Source of the DNA: Mobula hypostoma | Taxonomy: Eukaryota | Length of the DNA: 64,000 nucleotides | Assembly (NCBI RefSeq): GCF_963921235.1 | Contig: NC_086097.1 | Span: 76,200,001-76,264,000 of the forward strand | Direction: 5' to 3' | Shown: in pieces, positions 11,209-23,200 of the stretch | Layout of the letters: each line of letters starts with the position of its first letter | Numbering within the stretch: the stretch's first letter is position 1 | Program-made: the position numbers and the translations under genes | The notes under the pieces: model-generated | The model's input: only the letters and a program-made list of their open reading frames with translations | Databases searched by the model: none | What the model was told of the DNA's origin: nothing

Positions 11209-12451
11209 CAGTGGTCCCCAACCGCTGGGCCGTGGACCAGTACTGGGCCGCAAAGCATGTGCTACCGGGCCGCAAGGAAACGACATGATTTGGCGATATG
11301 AGTCAGCTGCATCTTTCCTCATTCCCTGTCACGCCCACTGTTGAGCTTGAACGCACACGAGGTTATTACGCACGCGTCATCCATGTCAGCATGGGAAGGA
11401 GATCAACTCCTCGAGCTTGCAAATGACGGCGGGCTGAAACGTATGTTTGACATAACATCTCTGCCAGCATTCAGGATCAAAGTCAAGGCTAAGTATCCTG
11501 AGACAGTCACGAAAGCACTGAAAACGTTGCTTCCATTTCCAACATCATATCGCTGCGAGTGGAGTTTTCTGCAATGAATGCAATGAAAACTAAATTGCGG
11601 AATAGACTGGACATAAGGAACCCCCTTCAAGTATCGCTGTCTTCCATCACCCCTCGATGGGACCGTCTGGTTGCAGGGAAACAAGTATTCAGCCCAGGGC
11701 TCCCACTGATTCAGCGATACTGGTGCGTTGCAATGATTTTATATGTTCATATGGGGAAAATATGTGCTGTGTGTTTAATATCCAAACGTTACTTAAAATG
11801 TTATGATGCTATTGACTTGTAAGTGACTAATATAACCATATAATAATTACAGCACGGAAACAGGCGATCGCGGCCCTTCTAGTCCGTGCCGAATGCTACT
11901 CTCACCTAGTCCCGCCGACCTGCACTCAGCCCATAACCCTCTGTTTCTTTGATATACCTATCCAATTTTTCTTTAAATGATAATATCGAACCTGCCTCTA
12001 CCACTTCTACTGGAAGTTCGTTCAACACTTACTTCAAGCTCCCCTGTTAATTGACTTATCACTATATTCATGGGAGGAAAATATGCGCTGTGTTTAATAT
12101 TAAATTCGTTAGATAAACCCTTTTAGAAACGAAATTGAGTGTATTAGCCACTTATCACCTATATTCCGGTCGTGATTAACACCCACCACTCCCCCAACAG
12201 AATCGCCAAAAACGATTTGTAGAAAATAATCGGCACATACACACATACGCAAGTCACGCATGCACACTGGGTCTTGCGCAAGGTTTCATGGTCATTGTAG
12301 TCTTTCTTGGGGTAAACAGAACGTAATCGACTGCTACTCTTGTCCATCGGCAACCCTACCTCCGCCCCCCCCCCCCCAAGAGTTGGCCGGTCCGCAAGAA
12401 TATTGTCAATAAAAAACCGGTCCGCGTTGCGAAAAAGGTTGGGGACCCCTG
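11209..12451 (+). mobile_element. Non-autonomous hAT (Charlie/Buster) element retaining the C-terminal dimerisation domain
   Basis: 15-bp terminal inverted repeats CAGTGGTCCCCAACC / GGTTGGGGACCCCTG. 8-bp TSD TTTTTGAC / TTCTTGAC. DQLLELANDGGLK..YPETVTKALKTLLPFPTSYRCE then FSAMNAMKTKLRNRLDI..SLSSITPRWDRLVAGKQ (11395-11690). Confidence 0.92.
11835..12030 (-). mobile_element. CR1 3' fragment embedded in the hAT element
   Basis: TACAGCACGGAAACAGGC..GGCCC..CTAGTCCC..CCTGCACTCAGCCCATAACCCTC..CCTGCCTCTACCACTTCTACTGGAAGTTCGTTC is the reverse complement of a CR1 3' UTR and ORF end. Confidence 0.7.
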
Positions 12452-13764
12452 TTCTTGACAACCACATTCTGGCTTGACTATCCATGATCAACTCTTCCAA
12501 GTGTGCTAATAATAAACAGAACCTCAGTTTCCAATTCATCAACAATTTGAAGTCCTGTGCAGCCAATGCTGCTGATACGCAGAACATTCATTTGGCCACA
12601 ATCCCAAAATAACAGCCATTACATAGTACACATTCCAGCTCACACTTATAAATACCATGCCACTGATGAATTAAGCTTCTGCATTTATTTCACACCATCT
12701 TCTCCTTCGGCCTTTGAGTGATTTTTCTGTGCGAGGGCACACCAGTAACTGCAGTTGACTGGGGGAAAGCTGGTGACATGATATTGAGAGCTTCTGGATC
12801 TTGGAGACCCAGTTGCAGACTGCCAATTCCCAGGTGCACAGCAGCAGTTTGGGTTGCCTGGTTGACAGGCAGTGATGGAAATAGTGGAGTGGATATGGAG
12901 GGATCATTGATGTCATTGGCCTGGGAGAGGAGAACAAGTGCCTCCAGGCTGGTGTCACTAATTGCCAGTCATGATCAGATTGCTGGACTGCAGTGACTTT
13001 CTGCAGACACTTTTCAGTGTGAACACAGACAGCTTCCTTGGGTCCACCACTGCATGGAGTTAGGCATGGGCAGTGAAAGCTGAGACTTGTCTCTCCAAAG
13101 CTGCAGTATGGATGGGACCACAATGGCACTACAGGAATATCTGGGCTTCAATAAGCTTTTCAAAACATCTTGTCCAAAATTAATGATTGCCTCCTCCAGG
13201 TTTATTGACACAGAAGGCTTTCTAATGATCTCTCAAAATAACAAGCACATTTCCGTCAGTCACCTTCTTTTGGCTCCTTCACTGAAATCTCATTGGAATC
13301 CTGCACAGCAAAACAGGACTAAAACTCAGTTCTTTTCAAGATGCCAGCAATAATCAGGCGTGCTAACTGCATCAGGTCAGAGGGACACAGGTAAACATCA
13401 TATCATGATCCCCATGTCCATTTTATCAGTTATCCAATGTGGGGCCCTGTGGCAGTAATTCTACTTTCAGACGTATGCTGTGATGGTACTGAATGGATTT
13501 TAACATTAATTGCTAAATTTCAGCAACTCACACAGTTTTATTAAAGCAACTCATCAAATCACTTCATATTCAATCAATATTCTTTATATGGGAATAGATA
13601 TTTGATTAATGAGGAGTGTTGAAAAAACTTACTGGTTTGTACTTTTCTGTGAGATTTTGCCATTCATTTCACACACAAACGCCCAGAGAATTTTAACACT
13701 GGTGGAAATTCTGTCGATCTAGCAGAAATTTTGCTTTCTCTCTCTACATATATATTATACATAC

Positions 13765-14036
13765 ACTTCTTCCACTGTCCATCGATTTTCGATGTTGACT
13801 GAGGCCTAGGCAAGATTGTATGGAAGATCGGCAGTTGCCCATGCTGCAAGTCTCCCCTCTCCACGCCACTGATGTTGTCCAAGGGAAGGGCACTAGGACC
13901 CATACAGCTTGGCAGCAGTGTCGTCGCACAGCAATGTGTGGTTAAGTGCCTTGCTCAAGGACACAACACGCTGCCTCAGCTGGAGCTCGAACTCACAACC
14001 TTCAGATCATTAGACCGATGCCTTAACCACGCGCCA
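13765..14036 (-). mobile_element. tRNA-derived SINE with CORE-like box and RTE-like tail
   Basis: Minus strand: GTGGTTAAGGC (A box), GAGTTCGAGCTCC (B box), GTTGTGTCCTTGAGCAAGGCACTTAACC, and tail CATCGAAAATCGATGGACAGTGGAAGAAG. Confidence 0.8.
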
Positions 14037-16219
14037 CACATATATACACACACACATACACAGGACTGAAATAAACCAAAAAACTCCAAAAACTTCATGT
14101 GGCAAAATTGGGCCACCATCTTTAAAGCTTTCTAAAATCAATTACTGAGAAATCCACATTGGTAGAATTTCTATTTGCTTATTATGGAATATTCTTTCTC
14201 TTTGTAAAATGAACCTCTCTTAACCAAACTCATGAAATTTAGGCATACATTGATATGAATTGAGATTCACTGACTCCAACACACCTAAAGGGTATTGCAG
14301 ATATTTTTCTACAAAAGGTTTAACATTACAGAGCATCAGTGGGATTCCATTTGCTTTTTCAACTAGCGCCACAATACCTATCAGGGTCCTGGCAAGTAGT
14401 ATTATGTCAAGTCAAGTGGTAAGATCCCAGACAGCAGTGTCAGTGATACCAGTGACCTTCAGTTCTCATCAATATGCTTGGTTGGTGGTTAATCAACAAC
14501 AGTGTTCCGAACACTAACTTGACCTCAAAGGGACTCTGATTACAAAGGAAACTGAACTAATATGGGAAGATTCACTCCTTACTGTGTTAGCAGCATACGG
14601 AAGGAAATAAAGCAGGCAGGTTAGACTCAACCCACTCTCTCTACAACAAATTCTTCCAATAAAAGATTTAAAAAAATGATGCCTCTGTCCCTGGCACATC
14701 CTGTCTGATTTTATTCTTCATGAGTTATTCATACAACTAATACCCCAAGTTTGACAATGAGAATTTCTACCCCTACATGCACAAATTAAATATTCATAAA
14801 GTTAAAACTATAATTACACGAAGAGCTTTTATACTCATATTCAGATCATTTGAATGTGAAAAGGTAGAAATCATCTTCAAGGATTGCTTCTAACTCAGAA
14901 CATATTTAGCTGTACTTATTCGACACTGATGGTAACATTGCCTGCCAATCTATGATGAATTTAGCAAATTGTGAAAAAGAAGTTACACCTCAGCACTGAG
15001 CATTTAATATAAGACATTGTGTTTGAAAGTAAAGACAGATACATGCTGTCAAAACAACAGCAGTTTGAAGCAAACATACAGTATATTGACCATTAATAAA
15101 ATAGAAAGACTGTCTCAAACTGTGAAAAAGATTTATAGCTTTGATATAAAACTGTGGTGGCTCTAAAAATCCAGATAACGCAACAAAATACTTTAAGAAT
15201 ATGGTTAAATTCAGTAAATAAAACTCAATACTTTGGCTACTGATTATCTTTAAACTAAAACAATCAGATTTCCATGCAGAGGAGCGAAGATGATCAAGAT
15301 TTATAGTGAGGTGGACTTTGCTATAAACAATCTAATCTTGATGAAGGCTGTTTACTCAATACCCTTTTATAACACTGTTTGCTATATTGCTATCAAGAGG
15401 CTATTTGACAAGAAATTTATCCAGCCCGGTTGTGTCAAATACAACTATGTCTTGTTATTTAGCCAATGACTTTGTATTCTTGGCACAGTTATGATCTCTA
15501 CTGTCATTTTGAAAACATTTACTTATTTGTTAAGGATGGAAATTGACTTGCAATTCAAATTGAAGATATAACATTTATTGTTGAAAGGGTAGAAGGGAGA
15601 ATTAGCACTTTTTGCCTTCCTGGTAAATATATCACTAAGGAATACAAAGAGGTTTGCAACAGGGAGAAAGGATGTTTAATCTAACCAATCTGTCCCTGTG
15701 CTTATGCTTTGTTTCTTTTATTATTCATGCACAGGGTGTACACATTGCTAGCAAAGCCGGCACTTAAAGGCACATCTTTATTTCTTTCAAATTAAAGAGA
15801 AGGAGAATGTTGACATAAGATGAGACTAACACCTTTATAAGCAGCTTCCAATATGCTGGGTGATCAGTCACAAGAAGTGAAGTTCTTATCAGGTTCAGGA
15901 AAGGACCTGACCGGTATGTAACATATCATCACAACAGATCTATAGAGTCCTTGAGTAAATAGGCTGAATAGTCTCCATTTCAGCCATAATTTTATCAGCA
16001 AATTTATCACGTCAACATAAGTCTTGTGGTGACTTATTTTTGGATAAACCAGGCTTCACATTGAAAGTGATGGCTCCTGGGATCACGTCAACATAACTTT
16101 AACTGCATTATTTAAGCTTGAGACCATCTCCGAAAATATAACTGGTGTCACTGTGAGGTTATTACTATGTCCCTCCAGTCCAATTAAGTTCTACTAATGT
16201 TTAACCGGCATTTATAACC

Positions 16220-16362
16220 TAATTTAGAAGATATTTGGATAAGTACATGGATTGGAAAGGTTTGAGGAATACAGTCCAAATCTGGGCAAATGGGACTATC
16301 TTAGGTGGCATGGGTGAACTGGGGAGAAGGGCTTGGTTCTGTGTTATATTACCTGATCTCTA
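16220..16362 (+). mobile_element. CR1 3' tail fragment
   Basis: ATTTAGAAGATATTTGGATAAGTACATGG..GGCAAATGGGACTA..GGCATGGGTGAACTGGGGAGAAGGGCTTGGTTCTGTG. Confidence 0.65.
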
Positions 16363-17290
16363 TAACAAGCAGGGTAACCCCCTCTGTCCTGCTTGGCACT
16401 CCTCCACAGTTTACATTGTTCCAGCATCTTGCTTCTCCAGTGTCAGCACTCACAGGTATGATTTCTGCTGTACTTATTATCACTAGAAATGTACACCCCT
16501 GTGGTGGGAATATGGCACAAATGTCTACCTTCCCAATTGCTTTGCCAGCCAGCTGGTGGAAATCCTTGCTCTCTGCTGATATTCTTGCAGCCTGAGACGG
16601 AGACTGCTTTTAGGACTGGTGTTGAGTGGGCTGACACAAGTTGTGTGGCTGCTCATATGTGGAGCTGAGAACCAATGGACATGAAGGCTGTTGTCCCTAC
16701 CCCTGCTCACTCTCTGTTTGGTTGCGCAAGATCAAAGGTCAGAGATCACCGATGAGCTTGCTACCAGAGCCTAATCTCTGGGCCGAGGAGAGTTAATACA
16801 GCCCAACAAAGAGAGGGAATTACAGCAGATTCCATCATATCCACCACGTGGTGCTAAAACACATCATAGGTGTGTGGGCAGGCTGTCAACACATGGAGCA
16901 GGTGCTACCAGCCCCAACAATGGCCTACATCTCAGCACCGAACAGCCACTCCACTCACACTGGTCTGTCCAACCTGGTATCTTTGGGCAGCCCCTGCAAA
17001 CCATGTCATGGGTAATTAAGTGAGTGACGGAAGCAGGGTGAAGATGCTGGAGTCATGCCAGGTTCCTAGTACACTGATTTCTGACAACAACAATGAGCAG
17101 CAGTGGTGAAATCCGAACTTCACAGCAGGTTCCCTGTGTAGCAGCATTGTCAGTAACACATCTTTCCATATATACTCACTTTAGCCCCCGATCCAATTAA
17201 CTCTCATTCCTGGAAATGTATTCTGAGCATCAGTTTAGGAATCCAAAGATAATGATAAATCAGAAGCCATACAAACACATCTATGTAGTA

Positions 17291-17592
17291 AATAGGCATC
17301 TGCTAGTCTCGTGAGACCATGGCTTTGTGCCTTGGAAGGTTTCCAGGGCACAGGCCTGGGCAAGGTTGTATAGAAGACTGGCAGGTGCCCATGCTGCAAG
17401 TCTCCCCTCTCCATGCCACCGATGTTGTCCAAGGGAAGGGCACTAGGGTTGATACAGCTTGGCATCGGTGTCGTCGCAGAGCAATGTGTGGTTAAGTGCC
17501 TTGCTCAAGGACACAACACGTTGCCTTAGCTGAGGCTCGAACTAGCGACCTTCAGATCACTAGACCAACGCCTTAACCACTTGGCCACATGG
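17291..17592 (-). mobile_element. tRNA-derived SINE, same head and body as 13765-14036 but a different tail
   Basis: 17352-17590 aligns with 13802-14036; 17291-17351 is unrelated to 13765-13801. Confidence 0.8.
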
Positions 17593-17989
17593 CAATATTT
17601 GAAGAAGCTGCTGCTTAGCATTCCAAGGATGTGCATCATTTTATATAATTTATTAACTTCTGTCTTTTTATGCAACATGCAAAGTTAGAGCGTATCATCT
17701 GTAAAATCTTTAGTCTTGTATAAAATTTAAGAACTGTCATGGAAAAATCTGCTCTTATTTTTAAGAATTTGAGGTTTATTATTTATAAATATATGTTTCA
17801 AATACATAGTTTAGGATCTAAACTGAAGAGAAGATGAAATATGTGGGGGTAGTAATTCATCCTTGGTGATAAGGACAATCGCCACAAAACTTAAATATAT
17901 CCATTTTATACACCAATTCAAAATTTGACTTTAATAGAACTAAATTTTGGGAAATGAAGCACAATATGCAGAAACCATAAAATTGCTCA

Positions 17990-18342
17990 TCTGGAACAAG
18001 ATGATAAGAAGTATAGATCGAGTGGATAGCAGAAGACTATTTTGCCATGGTGGAAATGGCTAATACGAGAAGGCATAATTTTAAGGTGATTGGAGTAGTG
18101 TATAGAGGAGAAGTCAGAGGTAAGCATTTTATGCAGAGAATGGTGGGTGCGTGGAATGCTCTGCTGAGGTGTTGGTAGAGGCAGGTACATTAAGGACATT
18201 TAAGAAACTCCTAGATAAGCACATGGATGAGAGAAAAATGGAAAAAAAAAGTGTTATATTGATCTTAGTGTAGGTTAAAAAGTCTGCACAACATTGTGGG
18301 CTGAAAGGCCTGTGCTGTGGTGGAATGTTCCATGTTCTGTTT
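17990..18342 (+). mobile_element. CR1 3' fragment
   Basis: GCTAATACGAGAAGGCATAATTTTAAGGTG..CAGAGAATGGTGGGTGCGTGGAATGCTCTGC..CACAACATTGTGGGCTGAAAGGCCTGTGCTGTG..TGTTCCATGTTCT. Confidence 0.8.
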
Positions 18343-19479
18343 TCTAGACCAGGTGACAAAGGATAATTTTCTACCTTATTTTCTAGTTCACAGAAAAAAA
18401 AAAGGGATCAAGATTCAGTTCATCAGTTTGATATATGAACTGTTTCTCTCTCTACAGATTAAATGGTTCAATTTAAGATCAGAAATGTATAGTGTATACA
18501 AACTGAAATACAACACAGTATACAACATACGTGCTGAGCATTTCACAGTTTTCAGTTTTTACTTCAAAGTTTCACGGTTCTTTGCACTTGTACAATAAAC
18601 TTGGACTTGTGTTTGAAATAGCTTTCCCAAAATAGGACCACTAGAATGCAAAACAAGTGGGAGGGAAAACCTAGAAAATATTTCCTGTAAACTTGTGCAA
18701 TTAAATAATTTAAAATTGCAGATTTAAATTTATGGAATAGACTTACATTTAATGGCATCACTGGTATTGTTCATTCATTTGCAGTACTATACTAGTATTT
18801 TGTTTAATTCAAATGCAGTTTGGTCTCTGACTTACGTTTAGTATGGGTGAGTTAATACAGCTAGTTGTTGCAATCTATTCAGTTGATTGAAGGCATATGT
18901 GGATATAGAACTCCGTTGTGAAAACACCAGGTATATAAAATCCTGGACTACTTGAATTTGTTTAACATGCACTATGACCAGGGTACTTAAAAAATTATAT
19001 AAATATGTGCTCTGAATTTAGTTTCAAGTGATTAACGTTTGCTTTCTGGCCCACTTTTGAGTAATGGAGAACTAAATACAAGTGCAGGTTTCCTAAAATT
19101 ATCCACTTAATCTTGTTATTTGATCTTTCTTGTTAGTCAAGTGTTAAATTGAGCACGCAGTATGTGGAACCGACAGATCAAAAGACCTTCGGGGCAGTCA
19201 GAAAATAATTAGATCAGTTGAATAAGGAGTTCCATGTGGCACTATGTCTTGTTTCTATGATCGTTCGGATTGTAAATAGAGAGCACACTAAAAATCAAAT
19301 CTGATATGAACTGGTTCCAATCAGGAACATACTTGATGCAAGCATCTATTTCCAAGGGCTTTTGACAGGATCACATCAATGTGGTTGAATTTACTGGAAG
19401 AACAAATGTGACTAACAATACTCAATTAAAATAGGACAGAAATTTCAGGTGAGGTGACAGAAATGAAAATCCAGGACAT

Positions 19480-19851
19480 AAACTCAAGAGATTCTGCAGA
19501 TGCTGGGAATCTAGAACAACGCACACAAAATGCTGGAGGAACTCAGCATGTCGGGCAGTATCTAAGAAGGTGAATTAACTGTTGATGCTTTGGGCTGAAG
19601 CACCTTAATCAGGGCTGGAAAGGAAGGGGGCAGAAGTCAGAAATCTTTCCCCTCACCTGGTCTCACCTGGTCTCACCTATCACCTGCTAACTTGCTCTCC
19701 TTCCCCTACCCCTACCTTCTTATTCTGGCTTCTGCTCCATTCCTTTCAGTTCTGAAGAAGGGCCTCAGCCTAAAACACTTACTGCTTTTTCCCCTCCATA
19801 GATGCTGCCTGACTTGCTGAGTTTCTCCAGCATTTTGTATGTGTTGCTCTA
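19480..19851. mobile_element. Older Penelope-like terminal-repeat inverted pair
   Basis: Left arm 19480-19642 (minus sense), right arm about 19650-19850 (plus sense). 14-bp TSD AAAATCCAGGACAT 19466-19479 / AAAATCCAGAACAT 19852-19865. Confidence 0.8.
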
Positions 19852-19929
19852 AAAATCCAGAACATGTTGCCTATATGCACTGCTTTTCTTCAAATTGCTA
19901 GAAATTAGTATTTCACTTCATATGCACTG

Positions 19930-20235
19930 AATCATATAGCTATGTAGACAATTGTGTCCGTGCTGACCACTGTGCACCAGTGTACATTAATTCTATCCTA
20001 ACCCAACTTGTACCATTACCTTCCAATCATCATCCCCTGATTCAATCACTTACATACCAGAACAAATTACAGCAGCCAGTTTATTCACCAACCAATGCAT
20101 CTTTGGGATCTCAATGGAAATTTCCAGGATGAAATTTATGCAAAGTCGGAACAAACCCTACACAGATAGCACCAGAGGTTAGGATTGAACTGAGGCTGCA
20201 GGAGATATGAGGTAGCAGCTCCACTAGTTGTAAAC
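19930..20235 (-). mobile_element. Decayed V-SINE
   Basis: AAATTACAGCAGCCAGTT..ACCAACCAATGCATCTTTGGGAT..CAAACCCTACACAGATAGCACCAGAGGTTAGGATTGAAC, similar to 6785-7056. Confidence 0.6.
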
Positions 20236-23200
20236 TTACACGCTGACCATGGAGAAAGGGACTAAAACTAAACTAACCATCAGTCCTAGCAAAGGCCAAA
20301 CCATCTTCCTGGTGCTGAAAATTAACTTTTTATAAAATGCAGCCCTTGAGTTCAACCTTTATTTGTAGTTAGAGATATCAAAAGTTCCAGCATAATTTTT
20401 TTCTGCATACTCTCATTCCCTTTTAACCTAAACTTCCTTTTCTTTTTTTCCCAAATTTTAAATCTGATTTGGCTATGAAGCCCCTGTTCTAATTGACAAT
20501 TTCTGTTTTAGATCTTGTGCTGTTCAACCCTCAGTTGTTCAATTTGAACGTTTAAGTAGATGCAACGTTTCTTGACCTGTTCGCAGACGTCGATACTCCG
20601 TGGAGGACATCACACCATTTGAGTTTCTAACTTACAGGAAATTTCAGTGCAAAAGGTCATAGCAATTAAATGGGCTAGGGCAAGTCTAATGAACAATGGG
20701 TGCAGTTCGTTCACTAGCTACAGGAAATTCTGGAAAAATTATGTTTATAAGCTATTCCTTTTAGTTACAATGCACTCCACTAATTTAAACTGCCCTCTTA
20801 CCCTTTTGTACTGTAGTTCAGTGCAATTAATCATTCATTAATAACATAGCCATGTAGCAAAAGCCTTAAAATGTGTTAATAGTTGAGTCATAAAGGTGAG
20901 AATAAACTGATGTGCCTTTTTACTTCAATAGCATATATTGTTCTGCTCAGGGTTTCCCCAGTGAGATGTATGCCAGTTGCCTGATACGTATATATTTTAT
21001 TTGTTTTTGATGAATAGTGTACGGTACTGTGCTTCACCCGTTTCTTGCCAAATAAGTAAAGCAAATAATAAGTTAAAATAATTTTATTCTGAATGATCAA
21101 CATATAGATCAATCAACAAGATTGAGAAGAATTTCTGACAAATAGAAATTTAAATAAATATGCATTTTGTTGCGCCTTTCTGCACAGAACTAAAGAAACT
21201 GACTAAGTCATTACAGGGAGATAGTTATGTAAACCACCAAAGCTATCGTTTGCCAAGAAACAGAAATCTACTTTGTCATTTGTCACTATTCTTAATGAAT
21301 AGATCAAGATCAAATAATCTACTACATTTAATTCATGAGGGGTGTACGTGTAAACCCAACACAACCAGATGTTTTCTCCAATCAAAGAAGAGGGTTCTGA
21401 ATGTAGGATCAAATCCAATAGTGGAACTGATTATTCAGTCTCACACTGGTATGATTAACAACAGCATTTAACAGTCTGCACACAGTAAATACATACTAGT
21501 ATTAAATCAATAGTTACTGGCACTGGAACAGATATTAATCAACAGTGCTGGACTGAGAGCACATACTTTACTTATGTTTATCCGAGCCAAGTTCCATGTA
21601 CATCCTATATGAGGCTAGCCAGGACTTCCCATGTGGCCCCAAAAAAAGAAACTGGTTTCAGAGAATTGTTATGGGGCGCAAGGAGGTTGATAAGCCCAAT
21701 GAGGTCATATGTGATGTGTCAAGAAAAACATTTCTGATCTTTGTCCACATCTCTACCTATCCAATTTCATCTTGAAACGATTGATTGACTCTGTCCCCAC
21801 TGCCCTTAAAGGCAAGGAATTCTAGACCTTAGCTGTCTCTCATTTTCATCACGTTCTCTGCTTCAACCAGTACAGAGGTGTAGGTGTTCCAGCTATTTGA
21901 AATCAATTAGTTAGGCTCCAGATCATATTAATTCCTCTCAAGGGCCTTTCCTACTTGATCCACAACAACAAAAAACTATACGTCTGCCTTCAAATAAAGT
22001 AAACAGTCATTGCAAAGCTTGATTTGCTTTTCACAGCCATCATGTAGATCTGAATATTCTTATCACCCGAGTAAAGACAGGGTCCAAAACTTCTTTGGAG
22101 CAGCCCATTATCCATGCTTGTCAACCACCTGACAGCAAAACCTCAAGATCTGATCTTAAGTGGTCCAGTAACACAAATTTCCTCAGCAAAGCTGTGTCTA
22201 GTTTGATCAATGAGCCTCAAAATAGCAAGGGCTCTCTGACTGTAAATCCCCCAGACAGAACCAACTTGTAAAGCTGTTACATACAGCTTAAATGTTTGTA
22301 AATATCTCTAGCATTAACATGACCGGAAGTGAAACATGCTGAAAATAAGGTAAAGCAATTAGACTAAAATACTAGAAGGCACAAATACCATTAAAATGAA
22401 CTCAAGTAAATTAAAAATATATATTTTTGAAAACTATCTCTTCTACTTGCCAGTATTCCTCTCATTGAAATGCAAAGTCACAGTGCTGTGTCAGATCGAA
22501 TCAGCAGGCTGAACGACAGTGGAAATCTACAAATATTTGTATTCCATGTGCAGTCCAGCACTCAAACACAGTAGTTTTATCTACAATGATCAGCTGTACT
22601 TTGGTGTTTGTGCATGCTTATCTGGGGGTGGGTGGGGGGGAGGTACTGCTCATGTTTATATTAGAAATGCTGGATTCTTTTCGTGGAAGATTTGGGCCAC
22701 ATCATTTCTGCAGCTGCCTTTTACGTGAAAACATTCTCTTCTCGGTTGATTCCATTATATTGATTATTCCCATTTGTACATTTGTATTCAAGCATATTAG
22801 AGTGGATTATGCAACATTGAATAATCTCCTGCACGACTGATGATCTACATGATCTATGTAAAAGTTGAGTGGCCTCAGTTTAGCTGCTAAAATTAATTTT
22901 GCATCCACATTTATGTAATAGATAAAATTTATTAATTAAACAAAAGTTAAATAAAATTTTATTCATTATGAAGAATATTCATTATCAATGTTTATTTGGT
23001 TATTTTATATATTTTAATGCATCTGAAGCACATAGCTTGGGATGACAAATTAAATTAGCTATGATGAGCAAATCAAACCACAACAAGAAATAAACATTTT
23101 GAGGAGGATGAGAACAATTATTAGCAAAAATTGAGATTAGGGAATCTAGAGTTGTTAAATTTTAACATCATTGTTTCCTGTCACCTCCCTTCCAACTAAA

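Noticed and set aside
12690..13330. GC-richer stretches with short ORFs (also 16370-17170 and 24790-25560)
   Set aside because: Probably very old LINE debris, but I could not read a diagnostic motif, so they are left uncalled.
20570..20630. CpG-containing exon-like stretch (NSNGVMSSTEYRRLRT on the minus strand)
   Set aside because: Weak splice signals and no recognisable protein match.
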